Part shown: positions 50,404 through 63,619 of the stretch, piece after piece
Numbering within the stretch: position 1 is the stretch's first letter
Layout of the letters: every line of letters starts with the position of its first letter
NCBI GenBank assembly: GCA_002269645.1
Contig: NIVC01001166.1
Coordinates: forward strand, 124,001 to 188,000
DNA: 64,000 bases
Reading direction: 5' to 3'
DNA from: Macrostomum lignano
Lineage: Eukaryota
Translations under genes and position numbers: made by a program
The notes under the pieces: model-generated
Seen by the model: only the letters and a program-made list of their open reading frames with translations
What the model was told of the DNA's origin: nothing
Database searches by the model: none

Positions 50404-50793
50404 CTTGCATAAATAAAAAAGCATAATTCAAATTTCTGGGATTTTCCAAAACTACTAAGAGTAGCTGATGTCTTTGAATATGAATTCTTGTTTACGAGTA
50501 TTATAACATTAATTTTATGCTCAGTTCTGGAAAGCAATGTCGTTTAAAGAAGTCAAATAAATAAAGCAAATTTGAATTTCAACACAGCATTTAAAATACA
50601 ATTGCTTACTAGGAAACAAATTTTATGGATTACAGTTATGAAATGAAGGGCATGCAACTGCGAATGCTACTAATGAGTAGCATCGCTAGAGAAGTATTCC
50701 AGAACACATTAGAGAAGAAACAGGATCAGGAAAAACTTGCGACTATCGATAATCTGATGAATTCAATATAAGATTTCTGCATAAATAATTAGT
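50404..50793 (+). repeat. ~390-bp AT-rich dispersed direct repeat, copy 2
   Basis: Near-identical to 46063-46460. Confidence 0.93.
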
Positions 50794-50993
50794 CAGCTCA
50801 ATATTAACAGCTTTTCTTGAAAATAAAACGTTTGACTTCAAGGAATAGAAAATTGCGCTTTAAAATTTGGGTTAATTAACTAATTAAATAGTCATTTAAG
50901 ATGCATAGAAACTTAGTGCACTTTTAACATATGCGCATCTTATAAGCCCCCACCCACCCAGACATACTGGAACTCAGATCTCACCCACATGAA

Positions 50994-51130
50994 CTCTAAT
51001 CTCACCCACTAGAACTCTAATCTCACCCACTAGAACTCTAATCTCACTCACAAACTCTAATCTCACCCACTCGAACTCTAATCTCACCCACTAAAACTCT
51101 AATATCACCCACTCGAGTTTTAATCCCACC
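50994..51130. repeat. 21-bp minisatellite (ACTCTAATCTCACCCACTAGA)
   Basis: About six degenerate units. Confidence 0.85.
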
Positions 51131-51348
51131 CACTCGAACTGTGATCGCTCCCCTACAAGTTCTGATTTAAATTTTCGCTAATCTAACATCAGCATCATAA
51201 TTTCTTAATTTTAATAATAAAGAGCAATCTAGCACAAGCTATTACTGTAATTAAGATGTACACAGATCGATTACTGTACTAATAGTAGTGAAATTATAAC
51301 TACGGTGAGTTTCGAAAAAATGATCACCAAGTTTATGAATTGCCTAAA

Positions 51349-52833
51349 TCATAGAGCAGTCTTTTCTGTTTCAGCTTCTATGGTTTCACTCGAACTTCCT
51401 TTGACATCTGGTTTCTTGGCTTTGTCAGTCTTGGCTGCTTCCGGTTTCTTGGCTTCGTCAGTCTTGGCTGCTTCCGGTTTCTTGGCTTCGTCAGTTTTGG
51501 CTGCTTCCGGTTTCTTGGCTTCGTCAGTCTTGGCTGCTTCGGGTTTCTTGGCTTCGTCAGTTTTGGCTGCTTCCGGTTTCTTAGAATCGTCAGTTTTGGC
51601 CACTTCCGATTTCTTAGAATCGTCAGTCTTGGCCGCTGCCGGTTTCTTTGTATCGTCAGTCTTGGCTGCTTCCGGTTTCTTAGAATCGTCAGTCTTGGCT
51701 GCTTCCGGTTTCTTTAAATCTTCAGTCTTGGCCGCTTCCGGTTTCTTAGAATCGTCAGTCTTGGCCGCTTCCGGTTTCTTTGAATCGTCAGTCTTGGCCT
51801 TATCTTGCTCTGAATTATCAGCCCCGATAGTTTTCGCCGCATCATCAGCTCCAGCTTCTTCTGAGCTCCCTGCTTCCTTGTTTTCATTCAAATCTGCGTT
51901 CGCTGCTTCATCAGTTCCGGGCTCAGCCTGAGCTGCTGAAGACTTGACTTTCGTCTCCGCCTTCTTGGCCTCCTTCTCCGCCTTCTTGGCCGCCTTCTCG
52001 GCCAGCTTTCTCGCTTTGGCTGCCACCTTTCGCGTCCTCTCCGCCTGCTTCTTGACCTCCTTGGCTCTCTTCCGCTCCTCTTCCGGTGTCAGCTGCTGCC
52101 TCTGATTGACCGCCATCAGCTCGAAAGCTTCTTCTTCAGCGTCCGGCTCCTCCTGATCCTCGTGGATGACCTCTAAGGACCCGGCGGACCGGCCGTCGAT
52201 CACCAGCGGCTTTTCAGCGGCGCTTTGACCCTCTGACTCCGTTGGTGCCGCTCTCACCTCGCCGCTAGCCACCTCTCCTTTAGCGTTGCTCTCTCCGTCT
52301 TGTCGGTCTGCCTCGCCATCGCCCTCGCCATGGCCCTCCTCCGCATCGCCCTCGCCGCCGCTGCACTCGCCAGCTTCAACGTCTTGCTCATCGCAGCCGC
52401 CGCCCAATTCGTTGTTGCCCTTCAGCTGCTGGCAGAGCATGAAGCCGGCAAAGACGCAGAGCAGCAGCAGGAGGAAGCAGATCACCACCTTGTAGACGAC
52501 AGTGTTGCTTTCTGCCTTTGGCTGCGGCGGGGGCTTCGTTGTTGATGTTGTTGTTGTTGTTGGCGTAGCAGTACTCGCCGCTGTCGAGGTTGTCATCATC
52601 GCTGAGGTTTTGGCTGTTAGGGTTTTCGTCGTAGGACTCGTCGTCGAAGCTGCCGTCATTGGGGCTGTCGTGGTTGATTTTGGTGCTGTTGAGGTTCTCA
52701 TCGACGAGGTTGTTGCCGACGCTGAAATAATTGGCGCCGCTGTAGCGGTCGATTCGGCGACAGTTGAGCCGTGCGAGAAATTTGACGGTTTCGTACCGGA
52801 AGATGATGCAGCTGATTTTGTTGTTGTTGTTGG

Positions 52834-52864
<31 letters not shown>

Positions 52865-54940
52865 GGTGGTGGTGGTGCTGTTGTTGTTTTTGTTGTTGGT
52901 GGTGGTAGTGCTGTTGTTGTTTTTGTTGTTGGTGCTGTTGTTGGTTTTGTTGTTGGTGCTGTTGTTGGCGTTGTTGTTGGCGTTGTTGGCGTTGTTGTTG
53001 TTGTTGCTGGTGGTGTTGTTGCTGTTGTTGTTGGCGTTGGCGTTGTTGTTGGCGTTGTTGTTGTTGGTGGTGGTGGTGTTGTTGTTGTTGTTGTTGGCGT
53101 TGTTGTTTTTGTTGTTGATGACGTTGTTGTTGTTGTTGTTGGCGTTGTTGTTTTTATTGTTGATGACGCTGTTGTTGTTGTTGGCGTTGTTGGCGTTGTT
53201 ATTGTTGTTGTTGCTGGTGCTGTTGTTGTTGTTGTTTTTGTTGTTGTTGTTGTTGCTGGTGCTGTTGTTGTTGTTGTTTTTGTTGTTGTTGTTGTTGGTG
53301 ATGGTGTTGTTGCTGTTGTTGTTGGCGTTGTTGTTTTTGTTGTTGTTGTTGTTGGTGGTGGTGGTTTTGTTGTTGATGACGTTGTTGTCGTTGTTTTTAT
53401 TGTTGATGACGCTGTTGTTGTTGTTGGCGTCGTTGGCGTTGTTATTGTTGTTGTTGTTTTTGTTGCTGTTGTTGTTGTTAGTGGTGGTGTTGTTGCTGAT
53501 GTTGTTGGTGTTGTTGTTGTTGCTGCTGTTGCGATTATTATTGTTGATGATTCTTTTTTCGATATTTGTTCTGATCTTGATGGTGGTTCTGTTGTTTCTG
53601 CTGTTGTTATTGATATTGTTCTGGTTGTTTTAAGTTGCACTGATTATAAAGCTGAATTCAGTCACAAAGGGGAGAGAGAGGGAGAAGGGAGAGGGAGATG
53701 GGAGAGGGAGATGGGAGAGGGAGATGGGAGAGGGAGGTGGGAGATGGGAGATGGATGGGAGAGGGAGGTGGGAGAGGCAGGTGGGAGAGGGAGGTGGGAG
53801 AGGGAGGTGGGAGAGGGAGAGGGAGGGGGAAAAGGAGAGGGAGAGGGAGAGGGAGGTGGGAGAGGGAGGTGGGAGAGGGAGATGGGAGAGGGAGATGGGA
53901 GAGGGAGGTGGGAGATGGGAGATGGATGGGAGAGGGAGGTGGGAGAGGCAGGTGGGAGAGGGAGGTGGGAGAGGGAGGTGGGAGAGGGAGAGGGAGGGGG
54001 AAAAGGAGAGGGAGAGGGAGAGGGAGGTGGGAGAGGGAGGTGGGAGATGGGAGATGGATGGGAGAGGGAGGTGGGAGAGGCAGGTGGGAGAGGGAGGTGG
54101 GAGAGGGAGGTGGGAGAGGGAGATGGGAGAGAGAGATGGGAGAGAGAGATGGGAGAGGGAGGTGGGAGAGGGAGATGGGAGAGGGAGGTGGGAGAGGGAG
54201 GTGGGAGAGGGAGGTGGGAGAGGGAGATGGGAGCAGGAGGTGGGAGAGGCAGGTGGGAGAGGGAGGTGGGAGAGGGAGATGGGAGCAGGAGGTGGGAGAG
54301 GCAGGTGGGAGAGGGAGGTGGGAGAGGGAGGTGGGAGAGGGAGGTGGGAGAGGGAGGTGGGAGAGGGAGGTGGGAGCAGGAGGTGGGAGAGGGAGGTGGG
54401 AGAGGGAGGTGGGAGAGGGAGGTGGGATAGGGAGGTGGGAGAGGGAGGTGGGAGAGGGAGGTGGGAGAGGGAGGTGGGAGAGGGATGTGGGAGAGGGAGG
54501 TGGGAGAGGGAGATGGGAGAGGGAGATGGGAGAGAGAGATGGGAGAGGGAGATGGGAGAGGGAGGTGGGAGAAGGAGGTGGGAGAGGGAGGTGGGAGAGG
54601 GAGATGGGAGAGGGAGGTGGGAGAGGGAGGTGGGAGAGGGAGGTGGGAGAGGGAGATGGGAGAGGGAGGTGGGAGAGGGAGGTGGGAGAGGGAGGTGGGA
54701 GAGGGAGATGGGAGCAGGAGATGGGAGAGGGAGGTGGGAGAGGAGAAGAGAGGATTGGGAAAGGCAGGGCATGGGCAGGGTGTTGCACGCAGAGGTCAAT
54801 GATCCAAAGAGAGCCACTGCCTCCCACTTACTCGCCGCCGCAGCTGGACTCCCGGTGCTTTGAGAGATGGTCGCCGGCACTGCTACAACCATGAAGATGA
54901 GCGCCAGACTGATCAGCCGGCGAGATGGTCTCAGCGCCAT
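51349..54940 (-). CDS. Type I transmembrane mucin-like protein, 2 exons (54940-54832, 53639-51349), about 799 aa
   Basis: Signal-peptide-like MALRPSRRLISLALIFMVVAVPA. The donor A|GTAAGT joins the acceptor CAG|TG to form A|TG in frame. A Thr/Pro-rich ectodomain is followed by the TM segment VVICFLLLLLCVFAGFMLC and a charged cytoplasmic tail with 11-aa AAKTDDSKKPE repeats. Confidence 0.82.
53660..54745. repeat. Polypurine 13-bp minisatellite (GGGAGAGGGAGGT) filling the mucin intron
   Basis: About 1.1 kb almost entirely G/A on the plus strand. Confidence 0.96.
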
Positions 54941-55439
54941 GCAGGTACTCGGATTTCTTGATTGCTTTGGCTCTCAATTAGTGCAAAAATTCAAAGCAAA
55001 TTGAATGACTGAAAACGCAAAAGTTGCAGTATTAAACTGCCTCACTGTGCCGAATTTTGTCTGCCAGCTGCCGCCCCTCTGTTCCGGGCAGATCTTGATA
55101 AGCTGGATAAACACAGGTGCGAGTGTCCAAACAGGAGTTGCGGACGGGGGGAGGTGGCTTGGCACCAAGGCGTCTGCAGGAATAGCTTTCCAGTCAAGAA
55201 TTAGCGCACAAATTGGTATGCAGTCGGATGTTTTGCGCGCCCCGTCCCCTCCCTGCTTCAGAAATCCGCGATTTGCTGCTAAATCGAACTTGTTTTCTTA
55301 GAATTTGGTAGACCGAAATAATTCGAATGAAACTGAAGCGAACGGATGTTGTTAACTAAACCGAATCGCATTTCAATTGGTACAAGATTTGATGCCAGTA
55401 AGCGTAAACTTTGATCTGGCGGTGCAGCGTGCCAGCGTG

Positions 55440-55722
<283 letters not shown>

Positions 55723-56371
55723 AAGCCAAATCTATTTTGGTCAAGCAAGAAAATTCTCTCCATCGTCTCAGCCTCATCGATCGAGAGCTGCTTCCGTGAG
55801 GGGCAGGCCAAGGGTGAGCATGCAGTGAGCAGGAGAGACAGGCAGGCGGAGAAGAGCCAGGATGAGTAGGAGGGGTGGGCTTACTCAAGCAGCTGAGAAG
55901 CAGCAGGAGGCCTCAGTCGGGGACGCACAGGTTGTGTCTTTTGTTCATTGTTTCAATTGCCTCTCAGCAGGAGGTCCCTGACGCTTCGCTCTCGCTCGCT
56001 CTTGCCGCATCCCGGATTTCAAAAGCCGCGCCAGAATCCAGTGCTGTTTTGTCCTCATCATTTATTCAACAGTGAGCAGGCGGGGGTGAGTTGGAGTCGC
56101 CGGTCCTGCAGGTCTCTCTGCTTCCACTCGCTCATCTGCAAGTGTCGCTCGCGCTTCATTGTAATCTCTTTAACCACCGCCAGAGTCTGCAGCAGCTTCA
56201 TCTATGTCTCCCCATTAATCCAGTCAGTCATCCTGCCGTCTCTCCCTCTCTCTCACGTGAGTCCTTGGGAAAAGCGTCACCTGAGTGGTTGGTCAGACAG
56301 TTTGTGACTCTTAATCTCCCTTCATTTGGGATTTTAGTCCTCATCGCCTGAACTTGCAACCAAGCTGATAC

Positions 56372-56670
56372 ATGAAAATGAAAATGAAAATGAAAATGAA
56401 AATAAAAATGAAATGAAAATGAAAATGAAAATGAAAGTGAAAATGAAAATGAAAATGAAAATGAAATGAAAATGAAAATGAAATGAAAAAGAAAATGAAA
56501 ATGAAAATGAAAATGAAAATGAAATGAAAATGAAAATGAAAATAAAAATGAAATGAAAATGAAAATGAAAATGAAAGTGAAAATGAAAATGAAAATGAAA
56601 ATGAAAATGAAAATGAAAATGAAAATAAAAATAAAAATGAAAATGAAATGAAAAAGAAAATGAAAATGAA
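56372..56670. repeat. (TGAAAA)n microsatellite
   Basis: Hexanucleotide run with 5-bp variants. Confidence 0.97.
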
Positions 56671-57442
56671 AACGAGAAAGCCAGGTAATCCTCTTCAGCA
56701 GACACAAACTGCCAATCGTCACAGCTGGCTAAGAGTAGAAAAAAATGGTGAAAGCAAGTCAGGGTTCAGTGCTCGGATTGCTGCACTGAACTGAGTCTGT
56801 CTGCGGTTGAGTGAGCACGCGGTGATACCGCACAGGCTCAGAGCAGATGCACAGTCATGCAGAACCCATACTGGCATGTATATATACATAAATTGCGATA
56901 CTCCGCACTCACAGCTCACCGCAGTCAGGATCTTCATCAACAGCGCTACATCATGTAATCCGCAAGCAGAGCCCCAGATTTCAGCTGCAAGTAAATCTGT
57001 GAAAGGTAAGCGATGTAAGGTTAAGTGGCTCGGATCCCCCTGTTCCCTCATCTCTCAAGCGCCTCTCTCAACTGCTCTCAATGGGGTCCAGCGGGGCACT
57101 GAGACGCCCTGAGTTTTTTATTGAGCACTCGAGATTTGCGGTCTCCCTGGCGACTTTTTTTATTTAAGAAAGTCAGCACTTGCTTGTCCTTCAGCTTGTT
57201 TGCAACCGATTTTATATCGAATTCCCTAGTTAACACCTGACTGCTTCCCTCGGAACTCATTGGGTTGTAGCTTGAGGCCGGCTCGTTTTTTATCTGTAAA
57301 GGTGAGTCAGAAACGATGGGGAGTGAAATTTATTGAATTATTTTCGGCCACTGAATGGGAGCCAAGTCTGAAATTAGGGACAATCAGCTCTTTGAGATCT
57401 GCGATAAGAATAACAATGATGGCGGGGTGCCGCTTCTTCTTT

Positions 57443-57596
<154 letters not shown>

Positions 57597-58239
57597 ATAT
57601 GACCTCCAACAGCAGCAGATCGCAAGCAGCAAAGTCAGTCAGTCCTCCAAAACTCAGAGCAGCAAGAATCAATTTCCCATATTCGGGAATACGAGCTACA
57701 GTAGCCGGGGTCTCTGGGGAGATTTCAAATCTGTCGCTTAGTTTTTCCCTTCAGATTTTTAGAGACCCATCGATTCGATCCCAGCGATCAGAGGCAATGA
57801 TTGATCGCGGCCCTCCCTTCACACGGCCCCCCTACGGAGCAGAGACTCTGCAGTTATAATAGCTTCTCGTTTTTTATTCCGACAACTCAAACAGTTCGAG
57901 GGAGGCGGCACGAGCCCCCAGCTCGAAGGCCGCTGGTTTTTCAATTAACTTTCCCTGTCGGTTTAACTGTGTTTTTTCTTCCCAATTTTTGGCGTCTTTC
58001 TCCCTCTATGGGCGGTGGCGGCATCCCTACGCAAGCCGGGATCGGAGTCATGAATTCGAGTCACCGATCTTGTTTTGATGGGACTCCACTTTACGACATC
58101 TGATATCCCCTGAGACTGACAGAGGGGGACAATGGCTGTGCGCGCTGGTACCGGCCTCTGCAACAATTATTTTGTTCTAGCGTTTCTCTGCCTCGGGGAA
58201 ATCAATTTTTGTTCTCCTATACTTGGGTGATAAATATCT

Positions 58240-58382
58240 TCCACCCTCTCGGCCACCCTCTCGGCCACCATCTCGGCCACCCTCTCGGCCACCCTCTCGG
58301 CCACCCTCTCGGCCACCCTCTCGGCCACCCTCTCGGCCACCCTCTCGGCCACCCTCTCGGCCACCCTCTCGGCCACCCTCTC
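58240..58382. repeat. 12-bp minisatellite (CCACCCTCTCGG)
   Basis: About 12 units. Confidence 0.96.
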
Positions 58383-58424
58383 TCATCTCCGTGTCATCTT
58401 CAATCAAATAATGTGTGTGTCTGT

Positions 58425-59043
58425 ATTCTATATTCTGTATTCTGTATTCTATATTCTGTATTCTGTATTCTGTATTCTGTATTCTGTATTCTGTATTCTG
58501 TATTCTATATTCTGTATTCTGTATTCTGCATTCTGTATTCTGTATTCTGTATTCTGTATTCTGCATTCTGTATTCTGTATTCTGTATTCTGTATTCTGCA
58601 TTCTGTATTCTGTATTCTGTATTCTGTATTCTGCATTCTGTATTCTGTATTCTGCATTCTGTATGCTGTATTCTGTATTCTGTATTCTGCATTCTGTATT
58701 CTGTATTCTGTATTCTGTATTCTGTATTCTGTATTCTGTATTCTGTATTCTGTATTCTGTATTCTGTATTCTGTATTCTGTATTCTGTATTCTGTATTCT
58801 GTATTCTGTATTCTGCATTCTGTATTCTGTATTCTGTATTCTGCATTCTGTATTCTGTATTCTGTATTCTGTATTCTGCATTCTGTATTCTGTATTCTGC
58901 ATTCTGTATGCTGTATTCTGTATTCTGTATTCTGCATTCTGTATTCTGTATTCTGTATTCTGTATTCTGTATTCTGTATTCTGTATTCTGTATTCTGTAT
59001 TCTGTATTCTGTATTCTGTATTCTGTATTCTGTATTCTGTATG
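58425..59043. repeat. (TATTCTG)n 7-bp satellite
   Basis: Direct tandem units. Confidence 0.98.
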
Positions 59044-59689
59044 CTCTCAAGCATACTCTCAATTATATTATCAAGCATAGAATTCGCCAAGTCGCTAACC
59101 TCCCTGCATTGTGATGGAATAAATAACATTTTCACCCTAAAGAAGTCAAACTACACAAAATATCGGCAGTCACGACTGCGTGCAACTTTTTACAAGACAC
59201 TTGAAATTATTTTTTGATTGCTTTTCTTGTCACTTAATTTTTCACAGAGCTCATCTCAGCAGGCATTTTGACAATTGTCTTTGAGGTGAGAAAGAAGCAA
59301 AAGCACTCAAGTCTTTTTTTGCCCTTGAAGGCGCGCAGAGCACAGAGCTCAGAGTGCACTGGACTCCCTTGAGAAGCATGCGTGGACTTTAAAATTCAGA
59401 TTTTTTATTTTCAAAAAACCTTAAGAAGAGACATGCGAAGCAGTCAATTGAGTAAAGAAGGTCAAGTCGAGCGGTTGTCCCTGACTGTTGGACAAAGCCA
59501 AACCGCTGGGAAGACAAAAGATGAATAAAGAAGGTCGCAATGAGACAGATTCTTCAAACATCAAGAGAAATAAAGGAATTATGAAACTGCAAATTTAGAT
59601 TGAGGCGAGACAGGAAGTTTTTCAAGTTATGAAAATTTTTAGAACTAAAAAATTAACAATGTCTTACCTAGGTGCCTGCAGCATCCCGG

Positions 59690-60243
59690 CAATTCCCCAC
59701 ATGAGCATTGGCAGCTCAGAAATTCCCCACATGAGCCTTGGCAGCTCAGCAATTCCCCACATGAGCATTGGCAGCTCAGCAATTCCCCACATGAGCATTG
59801 GCAGCTCAGAAATTCCCCACATGAGCATTGGCAGCTCAGCAATTCCCCGCATGAGCATTGGCAGCTCAGAAATTCCCCGCATGAGCATTGGCAGCTCAGC
59901 AATTCCCCACATGAGCATTGGCAGCTCAGCAATTCCCCACATGAGCATTGGCAGCTCAGCAATTCCCCACATGAGCATTGGCAGCTCAGCAATTCCCCAC
60001 ATGAGCATTGGCAGCTCAGCAATTCCCCACATGAGCATTGGCAGCTCAGCAATTCCCCACATGAGCATTGGCAGCTCAGCAATTCCCCACATGAGCATTG
60101 GCAGCTCAGCAATTCCCCACATGAGCCTTGGCAGCTCAGCAATTCCCCACATGAGCATTGGCAGCTCAGCAATTCCCCACATGAGCATTGGCAGCTCAGC
60201 AATTCCCCACATGAGCCTTGGCAGCTCAGCAATTCCCCACATG
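59690..60243. repeat. 30-bp minisatellite (GCAATTCCCCACATGAGCATTGGCAGCTCA)
   Basis: About 18 units. The stop-free frames over it follow from the unit length and sequence. Confidence 0.97.
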
Positions 60244-60677
60244 GGCCTGATCAGTTCAAAAATTTCATTTTCAAACGAGTTTTTGATATTAAAAAATGGT
60301 TGTGAAAGAACTATACCTCCAATCCAGATGTTCAAGTTTTCCTGTCCAGCTTTCTAGCCTCAGGTGTCCATGGCAAATTTTCCAGCCAATAAGAATCGCC
60401 CCAGAGAGGCCGCCTACCTCACTACCCGCTTCTTCCCGCCGGTTGCTCCCGCCGGTCCCCCATGTCCCAAGCTGAAACAATTGCGCCAAAAATTCAGGCG
60501 GCCCATCATTTGAGTTGGGAATCTGCCGGGGTCCAATTGGAACAATCAGCAGGGAGGCTGAGGATGCGGGGAGGGCATCAGCCTCCTATAATAATTGTTG
60601 GATTGGCAGTTTCTCCTTCAACAAACGGTATTTCTTGATTTTGAAAACCCAAACTGAGCCTAAAATACAGAATCGCG

Positions 60678-63352
60678 ATGGCTTTGCTGGAGCAGTTCCA
60701 GTATCACCAGCCTCATCACTATCAGCACCATCATCACCATCACCAGGCGAGCACCTGGCATGAGCTGCAGCAGCCGGTCGCAGCCTCCACGCCAGACAAA
60801 TCAGCCTGTGGCTGGAACGGCGGCGGCTGGAGTCCCTACGGCCAGTGGGCGGGCTCCAGTGAGCTGGCCTGCTTGAGCTGCTGCAACACGCCCGGATCTG
60901 ATGAGGCGCTGACAGCTCAGCATCAGCTGCAGCTACATCAGCATCAGTTGCAATTGCTGCACCAAGCAGATGACGAGCTCAGTGACCTTTCCTGCAGCGG
61001 CAAAATTGAGTCGGACAGAGCGGGATCGGGTGAGCACAGATAATGCACATGAGTATAGGATTGAAGCCAAGTCATTTTGAAGAACACTCGCCCCAGCGAG
61101 TCCGCAAGAGCCCTCCACAAAAACTCCAATATATCATCATCTGTGCAATCTATCTGGTCATCTCGTCATTAGCAAGCAAACCGCGAGAGACATTGTTATA
61201 GAAATCTAATTCCAGCAGCCCAATTCGAGGAAACAGGAAAAAGAGAAAGTTTCCCTAATTCTTTCTCGAAGCCTTAATTCAGATTGCTTTTAATTCTTCT
61301 TTTGCAACAATTGCATTATTCTGCGCGAATGGAGAGAGTTGCAGAGTCTGCAGTGGCGGTATAGGGGCCACTTCTGAGTCCGCTGAGCGTAATGATGATG
61401 ATGAAGGGGGGATTCTGGAGTCCCGAGGATCCCACGCTGCGAGGCGCCAGCTGTGGCACTCATTTGGGGATTTCGGTTTTGGCATAAAAGGGAGATTCGA
61501 ACAGTCTGAGAGAGTCCTCCGTGTGAGAGAGTTCGGGAGCCGTGCAGAACTGAAAAAATCTTCAAAAGAGAATCTGAGCATTTTCAAACATGGCCACACC
61601 TGAGCAGCAGCAACAACAGCAACAGGCTTCTCTGTTGCGCCTTCATCTGCTCGGCCTGTATCTGAGGAACACAGGTGCCTATTGAAAAGTGTTATACATA
61701 TATCGCTGCCTTGAAATCTGCATGTACAGTTTAGTTAAACATAAAGCATTACATCATAGGTACTTTTTGTTATTCAGTGAAGTGGATCACTTATACGACC
61801 ATGGCTATTTAGGGATCTAGATCCTGTCTCTATGGGCTTAGATCCAATATCTAGGGGTCTAGATCCTGTCTCTATGGGCTTAGATCCAATATCTAGGGGT
61901 CTAGATCCTGTCTCTATGGGCTTAGATCCAATATCTAGGGATCTAGAACCTGTCTCTATGGACTTAGATCCAATATCTAGAGGTCTAGATCCTGTCTCTA
62001 TGGGCTTAGATCCAATATCTAGGGGTCTAGATCCTGTCTCTATGGGCTTAGATCCAATATCTAGGGGTTTAGATCCTGTCTCTATGGGCTTAGATCCGAT
62101 ATCTAGGGGTCTAGATCCTGTCTCTATGGGCTTAGATCCAATATCTAGGGATCTAGATCCTGTCTCTATGGGCTTAGATCCAATATCTAGGGGTCTAGAT
62201 CCTGTCTCTATGGGCTTAGATCCAATATCTAGTGGTCTAGATCCTGTCTCTATGGGCTTAGATCCAATATCTAGGGGTCTAGATCCTGTCTCTATGGGCT
62301 TAGATCCAATATCTAGTGGTCTAGATCCTGTCTCTATGGGCTTAGATCCAATATCTAGGGATCTAGATCCTGTCTCTATGGGCTTAGATCCAATATCTAG
62401 GGGTCTAGATCCTGTCTCTATGGGCTTAGATCCAATATCTAGGGGTCTAGATCCTGTCTCTATGGGCTTAGATCCAATATCTAGGGGTCTAGATCCTGTC
62501 TCCATGGGCTTAGATCCAATATCTAGGGGTCTAGATCCTGTCTCTATGGGCTTAGATCCAATATCTAGGGGTCTAGATCCTGTCTCTATGGGCTTAGATC
62601 CAATATCTAGGGGTCTAGATCCTGTCTCCATGGGCTTAGATCCAATATCTAGGGGTCTAGATCCTGTCTCTATGGGCTTAGATCCAATATCTAGGGGTCT
62701 AGATCCTGTCTCTATGGGCTTAGATCCAATATCTAGGGGTCTAGACTCTAGATCCTGTCTCTATGGGCTTAGATCCAATATCTAGGGGTCTAGATCCTGT
62801 CTCTATGGGTTAAGATCCAATACCTATAGGAATAGATCCTGTTTCTAGAGCTTTAGATTAAACTGAATGTATCTAGGGATTCAGATCTCTAAATTTCCAG
62901 AGTTCAGAGATTCACACTCAGTAATCTAGAGATTCACACTCTGTAATCTAGAGATTCACACTCTGTAATCTAGAGATTCACACTCTGTAATCTAGAGATT
63001 CACACTCTGTAATCTAGAGATTCACACTCTGTAATCTAGAGATTCACACTCTGTAATCTAGAGATTCACGCTCAGTATCTAGGGATTCACACTCGATCTC
63101 CACAGACTATTTCCGACTCTAACTGCCTATTTATCTGATTCGGGCAATTCAGGGAAGATTATCCCATGCTCCCTTCACTCCTGCAGGCCACGGTGGCGTC
63201 AACCAGCTCGGCGGTGCCTTCGTGAACGGCCGTCCTCTGCCCGACGGCGTCCGCAGCCAGATTGTGCAGCTGGCGCAGCGGGGGGTCCGGCCCTGCGACA
63301 TCAGCCGGCGCCTGCGGGTCAGCCACGGATGCGTGTCGAAAATTCTCGGCCG
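60678..63352 (+). CDS. Pax2/5/8: Paired-box transcription factor, Pax2/5/8 type, 5' part (exons 60678-61029 and 63187-63352; continues beyond the window)
   Basis: The phase-1 donor G|GTGAGC joins the acceptor CAG|GC. The 166-bp exon encodes [56 protein letters not shown] and ends in the phase-2 donor CG|GTGAGA, the paired-box exon boundaries seen in Pax2/5/8 genes. Exon 1 is His/Gln-rich. Confidence 0.9.
61810..62830. repeat. 42-bp minisatellite (dimer of related 21-mers) in Pax intron 1
   Basis: Unit GGGTCTAGATCCTGTCTCTATGGGCTTAGATCCAATATCTAG, about 24 copies. Confidence 0.97.
62910..63075. repeat. 22-bp minisatellite (AGAGATTCACACTCTGTAATCT) in Pax intron 1
   Basis: Period of 22 read directly. 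Confidence 0.93.
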
Positions 63353-63619
63353 GTGAGAAGCTTTATTGGCTGCGCGGAAATTGGCGCGATAATGCACGCT
63401 GTGGCTACTTGTAGTAGGGGAAATGCGTCGGCTTGATTGTTTTTTGAGATCATTACAGGGGAAATTGTACAAAAAGCAGCAGGAAAAGCGGTTGTTAAAA
63501 GTTTAGATGAAACTGCAGTTGAGGTGCAGGCTGAGCTGTAGATTAATCTTGAAAAGTTAGGTAGTACTGAAAATAGAACTGTACGGACACTTGTGTACAG
63601 ATAAGTGAGCAGAAGAATC

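Noticed and set aside
46063-50793. Canonical LTR retrotransposon
   Set aside because: The direct repeats lack TG...CA ends, PBS, PPT and TSD, and no gag/pol sequence lies between them.
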